Shown here piece by piece: positions 24,516 through 37,089 of a stretch of 64,000 nt of DNA (its first letter is position 1; each line of letters starts with the position of its first letter). The translations under genes were made by a program, and so were the position numbers. Below the pieces are notes generated by a model. It searched no databases, had not been told where the DNA came from, and saw only the letters and a program-made list of their open reading frames with translations. Origin of the DNA: Centroscyllium fabricii (lineage: Eukaryota). The stretch spans positions 83,948,001 through 84,012,000 of the forward strand of contig JBNRSN020000017.1 in the NCBI GenBank assembly GCA_051313645.2, in the 5' to 3' direction.

Positions 24516-25646
24516 GCTGTTCTTGTCGGCTAGAACCACCTGCTGCAGTGTTTTGCGTAGCGGGTGATCTACATACTTTTTTGAAATCAAGATCACTGAA
24601 GTTTGGGGCATTTTACGCTGTGAAATTTGCATTCAAGTCGCTCAGCTCCCAGTTGAAGCGACAGTCTGTTCAGACATTTAGGTCGGAGCTGATGCAGGTT
24701 CCTTACAACGTGGAAATCTTCTCAGCAAGACTTTCAAGTTTGAAAACAGCAATCAATCTCGGGACTGAGTGGTTTGTGTGCTTGTGCCACTCACCTCAAT
24801 TCTCCCTCCCTGAGACCGGTGGGAGTGCAGTGGCAATGCTAGTGGAGTGGTGATCCTCGACTAATAATACATCAGAGCTCAAATCCCAACACAAACTCAA
24901 ATTTACAAGCGCTGGGTTCTCTTCATATCGTATAAATCTGTCGTCTTTCGCTAAAAATGTCTGAGGAGAGAATGGCTTTCGAGAAATGTTCGCCAGTCGG
25001 ATGAACCCGTGCTGCTCAGCCGAGAGAGGCATCAGCCTTTGTTGATCCTGAGGGTCCAGGGTCCAGCTCCCTCTGCAGTTGGCGCTTTTAGATCAAGGAT
25101 TTCTCCCGCTCCTCATTCCCTCAGCTCTTCCAACTACTTCATAACAGACGAGGAGGGGGAGGACACATTAGCAGGAGCTTCATAAACCACTTGTGCCCCA
25201 AAAGGGCCTTCTGCAGTTTAAGACGCAAAGATGTGTTCATCGTGGGCGAGGTTAGGGAAAACTTACTTAAAGTGGAAAAACTTTGAGAATTTTATTTACT
25301 TCCCTTCTTGCTCGTTTTTTAAAAAATGCACTAATTAAATACCAGCTCTTCGTCTATTTAAATAGATTAAGGACTTAGTCAAAAAGTGCAGACAAGAACT
25401 GAATGGAGTTATGATTCTCAGAACTTATGTTAACAAGCCTGTTGAAAATAGTGCACAGAGAAAATGAAAACCTTGCATGTTAGAGGGAAAAATCACTGCC
25501 AAAACCCTGCCTTTAAACTGACATAAAAAGAACTAGGTTGAACGATTCCCTGTGCTAATATTCTTTTGTGTGTGGTTTTGTACAAAGTGATTTTTTTCCT
25601 TTTCTCAAGGTGGTCACGTTGAATACACCCAGCTGCACCCTCTCAC

Positions 25647-25769
25647 CTGCATCGCTTGGAGCAATGTCACGCAGAGAAAAACTGACCCTGCCGCCCTTGA
25701 AGTTTGTAAAGGATGCGGCCACTGGTTCGAACTCAGTCCCTCATCCCTGCCTCCGCCGGAGATTCTCAT
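25647..25769 (-). CDS. GLP2R: Glucagon-like peptide 2 receptor, coding exon 1 (N-terminal extension plus signal peptide)
   Basis: ATG at 25769 (GCAATGA; in-frame upstream TGA at 25796). Encodes MRISGGGRDEGLSSNQWPHPLQTSRAAGSVFLCVTLLQAMQ. Donor CAG|GTGAGA in phase 0 joins exon 8302 to give ...LLQAMQ|VSGSML, parallel to human GLP2R ...GRPFLTLVLLVSIKQ|VTGSLL. Confidence 0.85.
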
Positions 25770-26432
25770 TGCAGTCTGCTTCAGAGTGATCTGTCATCAA
25801 ATCCCTGGAAGAACATCCAATTCTCTTCACGTCCCCCAAAACTTCCCTGGCTTTCCCCGGGTTATCGAGTAATTCAGGCAGCAGCAGCAGATCCCGTTAG
25901 ACAGCCAGCTTCCCCTTATTGATATCACTACGATGTTGCAAGACCGCGAAACCCTAACACGATGACCGAATGCAATTTTTCATTCACAGCCAACTCAGTG
26001 TCAAAAGCTAACGAGCTGAGGCGGAACAGTCCGATACATGTAGTGGGGTTCGTGTGAAGTCTCTAATCCCAAGAGAGAGATGTCCAGCTTCTGTCTCTGC
26101 AGGATGTGCTCTGCCAGATTCTGCTGCCTGTCTCCCACACCCCCCTGACTCCAAAACTCCCCTCCACCAATCACAGCCCAAAACAGGCAGTTACCATAGA
26201 ACCATGGCTGCACACTCACTATTGTATTTGCATATAAAGTATCAATCTCTGTCACTCACTCGTACACTGATTGATCCGTACAATACCCAGTCACCTTCAA
26301 AATCAGGCCTTGCTCAGATCCACTGATGAATTCCTAGATGTTATTTGGGTGGTGAATCGATAAAAGACTGATTTTACGCAAGAAACCTACCCTCCCAAAA
26401 CTCCCCATGTTTTTCTCATCAAAAATCATGTA

Positions 26433-27064
26433 CAGGTTGAACACCGGCACCCTTGGGACCAGGCCGGTGCCGGACCATTGAAAATTCCGAACCACTGAAG
26501 GTTCGGGGGGAGTGTACGGGTAGAACACTCCCCGGGGCCCCAGAGCGCGCGGGTAGAACACTCCCCGGGGCCTGGAGCGCGCGGGTAGAACCCTCCCCGG
26601 GGCCCCGGAGTGCGCAGGTAGAACACTCCCCGGGGCCTGGAGTGCGCGGGTAGAACACTCCCCGGGGCCCCAGAGCGCGCAGGTAGAACACTCCCCAGGG
26701 CCTGGAGCGCGCGGGTAGAACACTCCCTGGGGCCCCGGAGTGCCCGGGTAGAACACGCCCCGGGGCCCCGGAGTGCGCGGGTAGAACACTCCCCGGGGCC
26801 CCGGAGCGCGCGGGTAGAACACTCCCTGGGGCCTGGAGCACGCGGGTAGAACACTCCCCGGGGCCCCGGAGTGCCCGGGTAGAACACTAGAACACTTACA
26901 AAACCTAAAAAAGCAGCAATTCAAACGTCCGACACCTTCAGCGCTCGCCCACCCTTCGCGGGAAACGGCGGTGCCGCCGAGCAGCTGCTCCGCAAATCTG
27001 AAGACCGCCGGTTTCGATTCCTGCCGGACCACTGAAGGTGACGGACCCATCGGGACTCAACCTG
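26433..27064. mobile_element. Tc1/mariner (Tigger-like) MITE with internal 32/33-bp tandem array
   Basis: TA|CAGGTTGA ... TCAACCTG|TA; about 12 units of GGGTAGAACACTCCCCGGGGCC(C)CGGAGTGCGC at 26515-26895. Confidence 0.85.
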
Positions 27065-28449
27065 TACCACATAAGAACATAAGAAGTAGGAGCAGGAGTA
27101 GGCCATATGGCCCCTCGGACCTGCTCTGCCATTCAATAGGATCATGGCTGATACGAAAGCACATGCACTTGCATCACATCTTAGAGAAAGTACTTGCATT
27201 TACACAGCGTCCTTCGAGACCTCAGAACATCCCAATGCGTTTCACAGCCAATGAAATGTCTTTGAAGTCGAGTCACTGTTGTAACGTAGGGAACCATGGC
27301 AGCTAATTTGCACGCAAACAAGCTCCAACCAACAGCAACCAGACAAATGACCAGATAATCTGTTTTTAGTCAGTAATGTCAGGACATACATTGATGAGTC
27401 TTGATAACGATTGAAGTGATAGTGTTAACAGAATGGATACACTGCAGACAATGAGTGCAATATACTGCTCACAGTACATACTGCAAAATGACACTCTAGC
27501 ATCAACAAGTTCATATTTCAACCAGACTTTAAAAATATTTGGGTTTCACAATACTGTACTATGGTGGGAATGTACAAACATACAGTTTAACAGTCAGAAT
27601 TTTATAGCGCACCATCCGGTGAAATCATTGGCCCAGACTTTGCTGGAGCAGGGCATCTCACAGAGAAGGAAAGAGTGTAGCCAGGAAATGCCTGCTTGTG
27701 GTATTAGTGTACAGGTGCTTGACACGTTCAACTGGCATGTCTCCATCTGCTATTTTTAATGATGGCGTTACCCAAATGAAGCATTCATGGGACAAGCCTG
27801 CCAGCTATTTTAATGGAGCGATTAACCTGTTTAGTTCAAATTAGGTGATGCCACTGTCAACAAAGCAGAGGAATGTCATATGAACACTCGTTTGTAAGGA
27901 ATCATATTCTAATATCACTAACAGCCAATTCTGAATTTACAAAATATAGCCACGTGGCATAAATTGATTTGAAACAAGGTGAAAGTTATATATTTTGATG
28001 CAAGATACATATTGTGATTTTATTTTTTCCACTGATACAATTCAAATGTTATTTTTGAAATTAATAAATCACTTTGCATCATTTTTCACAACACTCACGT
28101 AGTTCCAAAACACCAGTGAAATCATCACTTGGTTCATTCCCCATTTCATGACGTGTATATGTTTGTGTGTGTATATGTGTATATAGAAACAATCAGACAC
28201 ATGCATTTATATATAGATAGATAGATAGAATCTCATAAAGACATACACATACCACTCTTCATGAAATGTCCCTCTCTTCTGAAATGGGGGTCAAATTCCT
28301 CCACTTAGTGAAAAACATTGTCAAAACTATAAAGAGGGGGCATCACTTTACACTCTCACTGGCCTTTTTTTGACCAAATTTGGCAAACGGAGGAATTTTG
28401 CTCCCCGCCCTGCCCGGAGCCCGGACATTCCAGGGCAGGACATGCTTGT

Positions 28450-29125
28450 AGAACATAGAACATAGAACATAGAACATACAGCACTGTACAGGCCCTTGGG
28501 CCCTCAATGTAGTGCCGCGCTTAGTCCGTCTCTGATTTTTCCTGTCCCCCCTACTCTTCCTTCCCCTCCATGTACCTATCTATCATCTTTTTAAAAGCAC
28601 CCAGACTGTCCGCATCCACTATTTCAGATGGTAGCCTATTCCACTCCCCGACCACTCTCTGTGTAAAGAACTTGCCCCTGCCATCCCTTCTGAATCTTCC
28701 TCCTTGAATCTTGTGCTCGTGCCCTATTGTTGTCGTTCTTCCCACCCGGGGAAACAGTCTCTGCACGTTTACTCTATCGATCCCCTTCATCATCTTAAAC
28801 ATCTCTATTAAGTCCCCCCTCTTCCTTCTCCGTTCCAGGGAGAAGAGTCCCAGCTCCCTCAACCTCTCCTCGTATGACTTTCCCCCCATTCCCGGCAGCA
28901 TCCTGGTGAATCTCCTCTGTACCCTCTCCAACGCCTCCACATCCCTCCTGTAGTACGGTGCCCAGAACTGCACACAGTACTCCAAGTGTGGTCTCACCAG
29001 TGACCTGTACAGCTGTAGCATGACCTCCCGGTTCTTAAACTCTAATCCCCTGTTGATGAAGGCCAATACACCATAGGCCTTTTTTACTGCCTTATCCACC
29101 TGGGTGGCAGCCTTCAACGAAATTC
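28450..29125 (-). mobile_element. CR1 LINE 3' fragment
   Basis: ORF 28551-29144 contains LVRPHLEYCVQFWAP and FSLERRRKRGDLIE; (ATGTTCT)n tail. Confidence 0.93.
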
Positions 29126-29655
29126 TTCTCTCTGATTTCTTCATGGACGCATCAATGAGTTTAACATAAATGGGTTACTGCCTCCTCTGCTAAAATAGCA
29201 TGGAAATTAATTTCAGACAAATGTTTGTATATTAACATAGGAATATAAGAACAGGAAATAACAACAGAAAACACTAGAAAAACTCAGCAGGCCAGACAGC
29301 ATCCGAGAACAGAGTGCTGTGTACAGTCCTGGGCACTGCACCTTAGAAAGGATATATTGGCCTTGGAAGAAGTGCAGAACCGATTCACCAGAATGTTACC
29401 AGGGCTCTAAGGGTTAGACAATAAGGAGAGATTACAGTTAGGAAACACGTCTTCAAGCTAAATTTGGTCAAATTTGGTCAAATTTTACTACATTTGGTCA
29501 AAGAAAGGTCAGTGCGAATGTAAAGGGATGCCCCCTCTTTATAGTTTTGACAATGTTTTTCACTAAGTGGGGGAATTTGACCCCCATTGTAGAAGAGGTG
29601 GATATTTCATGAAGAGTGGTGTGTGTATGTCTGTATGAGAGTCTATCTATATATA

Positions 29656-30081
29656 CAGATCCGACATGGTTAATCCGGCACTGTCGGGACCAGGCCGGTG
29701 CCGGACTAGTGAAAAATCTGAATGACTGAAGCTTCGGCGAGCGCATGCGCAGACATTCAAAATGGCCACTGCGCATTCGCAAACCATTCAAAATGGCCAC
29801 TGCGCATGCGCAGACCATTCAAAATGGCCTCCACGCAGGCGCAAACTATTCAAAATGGCCACCGCACATGCGCAGACCATTCAAAATTGCCACCACGCAT
29901 GAGCAGCCATTCAAAATGGCCACTGTGCATGCGCGTCGGCCATTTTGAATGGTTTGCGCATGCGCGGCAGCCATTTTGAACGGTCTGCACATGCGCAGAC
30001 CAGTCGGGGAGAGGCCCGGATTCGTGCCGGATGACTGAAGTTTCCGGATTAACGGCGTCCGGATTAACGGTGCCGGACCTA
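29656..30081. mobile_element. Tc1/mariner (Tigger-like) MITE with internal ~31-bp tandem units, inserted in a TA microsatellite
   Basis: TIR CAGATCCGACATGGTTAATCCGG / CCGGATTAACGGTGCCGGACCT; units ACCATTCAAAATGGCCACTGCGCATGCGCAG. Confidence 0.8.
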
Positions 30082-30974
30082 TATATATATATATATATAT
30101 ATATAAGAACAGGAGTAGGCCATTAAACCTGTTCCGCTATTCAATGAGATCATGGCTGATCTGTACCTTAACTCCAACCAGCCGCTCTGGCTCCACATCC
30201 CTTAATACCCTTGGTTAGCAAAAATCTCTCTCAAATTTAACATTTTTAATTGAGCTAGTATATACTGCTTTTTGTGGGAGAGAGTTCCACATTTCTACCA
30301 CCCTTAGCTTGAAGACGTGTTTCCTAACTAATCGCTCCTCATTGTCTAACCCTTAACAACCTGGTGACATTCTGGTGAATCGGTTCTGCACTCCTTCCAA
30401 GGCCAATATATCCTTTCTAAGGTGCAGTGCCCAGAACTTAACACGGTGCTCCAGATGTGGTCTAAGCAGGGCTTTGTCGCCCCAAGTTCAGGGCCCAGGT
30501 CTTCAATATTTTCCATGGGATAAACCGGAGGGTGAGCTTGAAGAAGCAGCATCCTGAGCACATTCTTTCTAAACTGATTTACAGCTTCGCTACTCCTCGT
30601 ATGCAGAGGAGATCTTCTCCCCCCGTCACCCCCATTGATAATTCACAAGTCCGGCACCAATACATCACGCACGAGGGACAACCTCTGACCTGGACCAACA
30701 TCTCAAATATAAACAGGGAATACTGGAAATGCGCAGCGAGCCAATCAACAGAAGCAGAAAAAATAGCTCGCACCAGAGCTTAAACCCGATATGGGTAGAC
30801 TGGAATTTCTGGCCCATTAATTCATGTTTCAGATGCTGATTATCCTTCTGTCTCCTTGCAGTATTTTCTGTTTTGATTCCAGATTTCCACCATTTACAAA
30901 TTTCCTTTAAAAAAAAAATCAATTCTGGGGTAGCTATAAACTACAGGCCTCAGCTACCACTTTAACTTCAGGTG

Positions 30975-32710
30975 ACTGTGTATAGAGCCAGAAGTTGTAG
31001 GTGGGGTTTTAAATGAATTTTTTGCATCTGTGTTCACTATGGAGAAGGACGATGTACGCATAGAAATCAGGCAGGGGGACTGTGACATACTTGAACATAT
31101 TAATATCGAGAGGGAGGAGGTACTAGCGGTTTTAGCAGGCTTAAAAGTGGATAAACCCCCAGGCCTGGATGAGATGTATCCCAGGCTGCTGTGTGAGGCA
31201 AAGGAGGAGATTGCAGGGGCTCTGACACAAATTTTCAGAATCTCTCTGGCCACAGGGGATGTGCCAGAGGACTGGAGAACAGCTAGCGTAGTACCACTAT
31301 TCAATAACGGTAGTAGGGATAAACCAGGGAATTACAGGCCAGTGAACCTAACACCAGTGGTAGGGAAATTATTGGAAAACATTCTGAGGGACAGAATTAG
31401 TCTCCACTTGGAGAGGCAAGAATTAATCAAGGGTAGTCAGCATGGCTTTGTCAAGGGAAGATCATGTCTGACCAATTTGATTGAATTTTTCGAGGGGTTG
31501 ACTAGGTGTGTGGATGAGGGCAGTGCAGTGGATGTGGTATACATGGATTTCAATAAGGCTTTTGATAAAGTCCCACATAGGAGACTGGTCAAAAAGGTAA
31601 GAGCCCATGGGATCCAGGGCACCTTGGCACATTGGATCCAAAACTGGCTTAGTGGCAGAAGGCAGAGGGTGATGGTCGAAAGTTGTTTTTGTGACTGGAA
31701 GCCTGTGTCTAGTGGGCTATTGTAGGGGTCGGTGCTGGGTCCCTTGCTGTTTGTAGTCTACATTAATGATTTCGATATGAATGTAAAAGGTATGATCAGT
31801 AAATTTGCAGATGACACGAAAATTGGTGGGGTGGTAAATAGCGAGGAGGGAAGCCTCAGTCTGCAGGACGATATAGATGGGTTGGTCAGATGGGCGGAAC
31901 AGTGGCAAATGGAATTTAACCCTGAAAAGTGTGAGGTGATGCATTTTGGAAGGACTAACAAGGCAAGGGAATACAAAATGAATGGCAAGACCCTAGGGAA
32001 GGCAGAGGATCAGAGGGACCTTGGTGTGCATGTTCATAGATCCCTGAAGGCAGCAGGACAGGTAGATAAGGTGGTTAAAAAGGCATATGGGATACTTGCC
32101 TTCATTAGCCAAGGCATAGAATATAAGAGCAGGGAGGTTATGATGGAGCTGTACAAAACGCTGGTAAGGCCACAGCTGGAGTACTGTGTGTAGTTCTGGT
32201 CGCCACACTATAGGAAGGAAGTCATTGCTTGGGAGAGGGTGCAGAGGAGATTCACCAGGATGTTACCTGGGCTGGAGCGCTTCAGCTATGAAAAAAGACT
32301 GGACAGGCTGGGGTTGTTTTCCTTGGAGCAGAGAAGGCTGAGGGGGGACCTGATTGAGGTGTACAAAATTATGAGGGGCATAGATAGGGTTGATAGAAAG
32401 GAACTTTTTCCCTTAGTAGAGGGGTCAATAACAAGGGGGCATAGTTTCAAGGTAAGGGGCGGGAGGTTCAGAGGGGATTTGAGGAAGAAAATTTTCACCC
32501 AGTGGGTGGTTGGAATCTGGAACTCACTGCCTGAAAGGGTGGTAGAGGCAGGAACCCTCACAACATTCAAGAAGCATTTAGATGAGCAATTGGAATGCCA
32601 TAGATTACAAAGCTACGGACCAAATGCAGGAACATGCGATTAGAATAGACAGGGCTTGATGGCTGGCGCGGACGCGATGGGCTGAAGGACGTCTTTCTGT
32701 GCTGTATAAA
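30975..32710 (+). mobile_element. 5'-truncated CR1 LINE (RT domain, premature stops)
   Basis: ORFs 31030-31725, 31732-32193 and 32239-32643 carry YRPVNLT, QHGF, DFNKAFDKVPH, FADDTK and PQLEYCV, separated by in-frame stops. Confidence 0.95.
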
Positions 32711-33349
32711 CAGAGAATAAAAAATATCTTGCTTTAGCTCATTGATTACTGTTCAGAAATACCAGCTATGCCTGTTACCTCAGTTTTACAACTGAGCTCA
32801 AGTAGTCCACTAATAGTCTAAATATCCTATATCCAGACATTCTGCAGCAATGGCACCACCCTAATGGTATTCAGTGCTAAAGTTAGTGAGTTGTGACAGC
32901 ATCTGGACTGCAGCAAACATTTAAATGGTGATATTCCCAGCATGCTAATCCAGCTGCACATTCACTCTCACATTCTTTCTTACTGCAGTGAGTGAAGTGA
33001 ATTGGCTCAGCGATGGGTTGAGTAGTATCAAGGACCACGAGGACACCAGCAGTGTTCAAAACCTCTTGCTGTGTTTGCTCTTGCTGCCCCTGCATCACAC
33101 AGAAACAAATTTAACGACTTGCTTAATTGAACGATGCATGAGTAACATAAATAGTTGTAAAGACTAAGATACACCTCTTAATTTTCCACAAATATGTCTC
33201 GTCTCTTGATGGTAATGGTGCACGCTACAGTACGACTACTCACGATCTGGAAGGTCTCCAGATTCGCAGAGGAAGACTTCAGAAAGTCAAAAAACTAGAA
33301 GGAACACAAAATTAGAGGTAAATACTTTCAGGAGTGGGTCACTGTAAAA

Positions 33350-33515
33350 CAAAAGCAAATGACTGCGGATGCTGGAAATCTGAAATAAAAACTGAAAATG
33401 TAGGGAACACTCAGCAGGTCTGATGAAAAGTCATCGACCTGAATTGTTGGCTCAGTTTCTCTCTCCATAGATGCTGCCTGACCTGCTGAGTGTTTTCAGC
33501 ATTTTCTGTTTTTAT
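33350..33515. mobile_element. Penelope-like terminal fragments, inverted pair
   Basis: CTGATGAAAAGTCATCGACCTGAA core with flanks as at 7765-8025. Confidence 0.7.
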
Positions 33516-34425
33516 AACTGAATAGATCTTTTGGGCTTCTCGACAAATCCCCGATTTTAACTTCCAGGTGCATTCCCTGCTCAGGCCTGAGTAAAAATGA
33601 TAGTCGGGTCTCAATGGTGTCATTGGGCCGCAACATGCACATGCAAAGAAGGACCCCGTTGGCTCCGGGCGCCTGTCCTTGCTGCCTGCTCAGGAGAGCA
33701 GGTTAACATTGCAAATGTTGTGATCGTGGCGGCTTTTGGACAGGTAAGAGCCAGGACGATTTTAACTGCCCACCAATCAGGTTTCTGCTGAGTGAGTAGG
33801 GTTAAAATCGCCCCCATTTCTTTGCCTCATTGGTTAGTTTTTGTTCCTCACTTCTCCTGCTCCTTTCGGTTACTTTGCACAGAATGCAATAATTCACTTG
33901 CCAGTGTCTCCCCTTCCCCTCAATGTGGAAAAGCATCTGAGCTGCCTTTGGCAGTTTCTTCAAATAGGTAGGCTGAGATTGGGAACTCACTATGAGGGGA
34001 AGAGTTGGTGAGAATCCACATCCTACTACTAGGCTTGGGATCAAATCCATTACTGGGCCACCTTTTGTCAAAGTAACAGGAAAATGTAATCACGGGTCAT
34101 GGAAAAGTATCACACAAACATCCATGGGAAGCTTGAGTGACTGAGACTTTGATTGAAAATGTTTCTGGAATGCAACCTAGACAGACAGAAAAATGATTAG
34201 CCAGCCCGTCGCACTACCATCACCTATTTTCTGAAGGAGGAGGACTCTTCAAACCAACAAGAGAGTACCATCACTATCAAGGGTTACAATTCGGGCCCCT
34301 CTCCCAGCTTTTTGTATTTGTGTTCAACTGATTACTTGATGCCATCTTCACCCATCAGCCCTATTCATACTCTTGTGAAAATAATTGCAAACCTGCCCTG
34401 ATCATTGCAAACAGTCTGAATTAAT

Positions 34426-35720
34426 GCAAGAAGTCACACAACACCAGGTTATAGTCCAACAGTTTTATTTGAAATCACAAGCTTTCGGAGCGCCGCTCCT
34501 TCCTCAGGCGAAAGAGAAGTTCAATTAAAGATAGCATATCATAGAATCATAGAATCCCTACAGTGCAGATAGAGGCCATTTCGGCCCATCGAGCCTGCAC
34601 CGACACATATCCCACCCTATCCCCGTAACCCCACATATTGGATTGGATTGGATTGGATTCGCTTTATTGTCATTACACAGTACAAGTAAAATGCAACGAA
34701 ATTAGGTGTGTCCAACCAGAGTGCAAACAGTAGTTATATGCATATATACAAATAATAATATACAGTAAAAGAGTATATACAGTAACTGCCGTTGGTTAAA
34801 ATGCCGTTAAAAATACACTATATAAAAGTTATATTCGCTATGGTCTTATGTACAAACAGGTTATGAACATAATAACATCTCATGATCTTCAAGGCCTAGG
34901 CAGTATGAGACGTGTTGGAGTTCTTTGTCAACAGTCTGACAGCTGAGGGGAAGAAGCTGTTAATAGTCCTGTTCGTTCTGCCCGGGAGGCTGCGATAGCG
35001 TGACCCAGAGCGAGTGCCACGTTGGGCGATAAACAGTCCATGGTTGGGATGAGAGGCGTCTCTGATGATGTTACGTGCCCTTCGTAAGCACCGCCTCTCA
35101 TAGACTGAAGTGATGGATGGGAGCGAGGTCTTCGTGATGCTTTGTGCGATTTTCACCACCCTCTGCAATGATATTCAATCACCCTAACACTAAGGGTCAA
35201 TTTATCCTGGCCAATCAACCTAACCCGCACATCTTTGGACTGTGGGAGGAAACCGGAGCCCCCGGAGGAAACCTACGCAGACACGGGGAGAATGTGCAAA
35301 CTCCACACAGATAGTCACCCGAGGCCGGATTTGAACCCGGACCCCTAGCGCTGTGAGGCAACAGTGCTAACCATTATGCCACCGTGCCGCCCAAATATAT
35401 ATACAAGGGAGAGAGCAGTCCAATCTCACATCACACCTCAGCAGAGACATACAGAGCAGACAAATGTGTTTTAACATATTTTAACATATTAATCAGGCAC
35501 CAGTCTGAGATCAATGAGGTATAGTCACAAAGGGTCAAATGTTGCAGTCTTGTGTCTGTGTGGAAACACACAGAATGATTTAAAAAAGAAGGATTTTCCT
35601 TACAAGACAAAGACTGGATGACTCTACGTCAGGCGGGGTCACATGTAGCGCGACATGAAGCCAATATCACGGTCTGAATTAAGACGCTGATCATCTTTTT
35701 GTTTGTTTTTTAAATGCTAC
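34426..35720 (-). mobile_element. Penelope-like element 3' end (second family), with a nested V-SINE (~34540-35392) that itself contains a Rex1 fragment (~34638-35170)
   Basis: Minus strand encodes ...RDIGFMSRYM* (GIY-YIG C-terminus-like) and carries a hammerhead core at 34475-34512. Homologous to 47684-48026. ORF 34896-35168 is a Rex1 C-terminus. Confidence 0.75.
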
Positions 35721-37089
35721 CATAGCCTCTGCAAGTTAGTCCCTCCCTGGATGACCTACATTCCCTATGAGCTGAAACTTATCATTTAAAGCATCTGGTG
35801 AATGGGAGCAACATGCCCCAGGATTAACATTACGCCCTTTTATTGCAGGGATATGCCCCAGAAGTCATGTGGATTGGTCACCATATATTCTTGATCTTCA
35901 ACAAGAAACATCATGCTGTCAGACCATAAAAATCCAGGTTAAAACTACGCAAACACTTTATAACAATACATAGGTTTACACTGAAGCAAAATAAACTAGT
36001 GGACAAATAATATGTAACTTCCATCTATACCTTAAACTGTTTTCAAAACCAAAATAACAAAGTGCTTGAATCATTTGGGTTGATAATGTATCATTGCATG
36101 ATGCACCGCCACAATGGCAATATTGTGAGCTATCAGATGATGAGAGGTTGTTGGATGCCTATTGTGTGCCAAGAAATTGTCCAATGTGGGGAGGAAGGGT
36201 AGGGAGCACAGTGCAATGAGGCAATGGTTGGCCAGAAATCTGGCCTTTTTACCCGTGTTACACGATATTTGGGCAGATAACCAAAAATCCATGACCGAGG
36301 AAGTAAAGCACATGCAGCAATCAAAAAACACTCACACCCTCTGCTTTTTGTTTTACCATTTTACCAACTAACACACAAAAAGGCTAAACATGCATATGCC
36401 GAGCATATATGTGTATTGAGATCACAAGCCCAATGTTGGTGCCTTAAATTACTCATTTTTATTTATTGATCAAAAATGCAATTAACCACATCTGGATTCC
36501 CAATTATCCAGTATGGGACAATACTGGTCCACAAGACAACTAAGGCAGGAATTTCTACCTTGGAGGCGGGGCACGTAGCGGGTTGGGAATGCGACTTCCT
36601 GAGCAGCACGTTGTTCAGAGCTTCTTTAACGTAATGGCCCCAATTGAAAGACTCATGCACGTTTCCCGGCTCATTTAAATGGAGCGGTCTGATGACATCA
36701 TTGATGACCCATTTCCAGTGGCGATATTTAAAGCAACCTTGCATACATCTCATTTGAGTGTGGAAGGTCATTTGCAGAACTCTGGGAACTATTACTAAGG
36801 TGAAAAGAGTGTCAATCATGGATGGACAAAGGCACAAGGCGGCACCAAAGCTTATTGATGTATCCCTCCATGTTCTGGTGCAGGCAGTAAGAGCACGCAG
36901 GGATGTCCTCGTCCCTACGGGTAGGCATAAAAGACCACCCAAAGAAAACAAAATAGCATGGTTGCAAATCGCAGGGGAGGTTAACAGCAGCGATGTCGTG
37001 AGGAAGATGTGATCCAGTGCCACAAGAGATTCAGTGATCTCATGAGGTCAGGAAAAGTGAGTGTAATGCCACACTCACCTACATCCTGA

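Noticed and set aside
24795-25032. Minus-strand 78-aa ORF ending beside a GTGAGT donor
   Set aside because: It stops before the donor, has no recognisable homology and is not in phase with exon 2.
26334-27050. 238-aa and overlapping repetitive ORFs
   Set aside because: Products of a stop-poor GC-rich tandem repeat inside a MITE.
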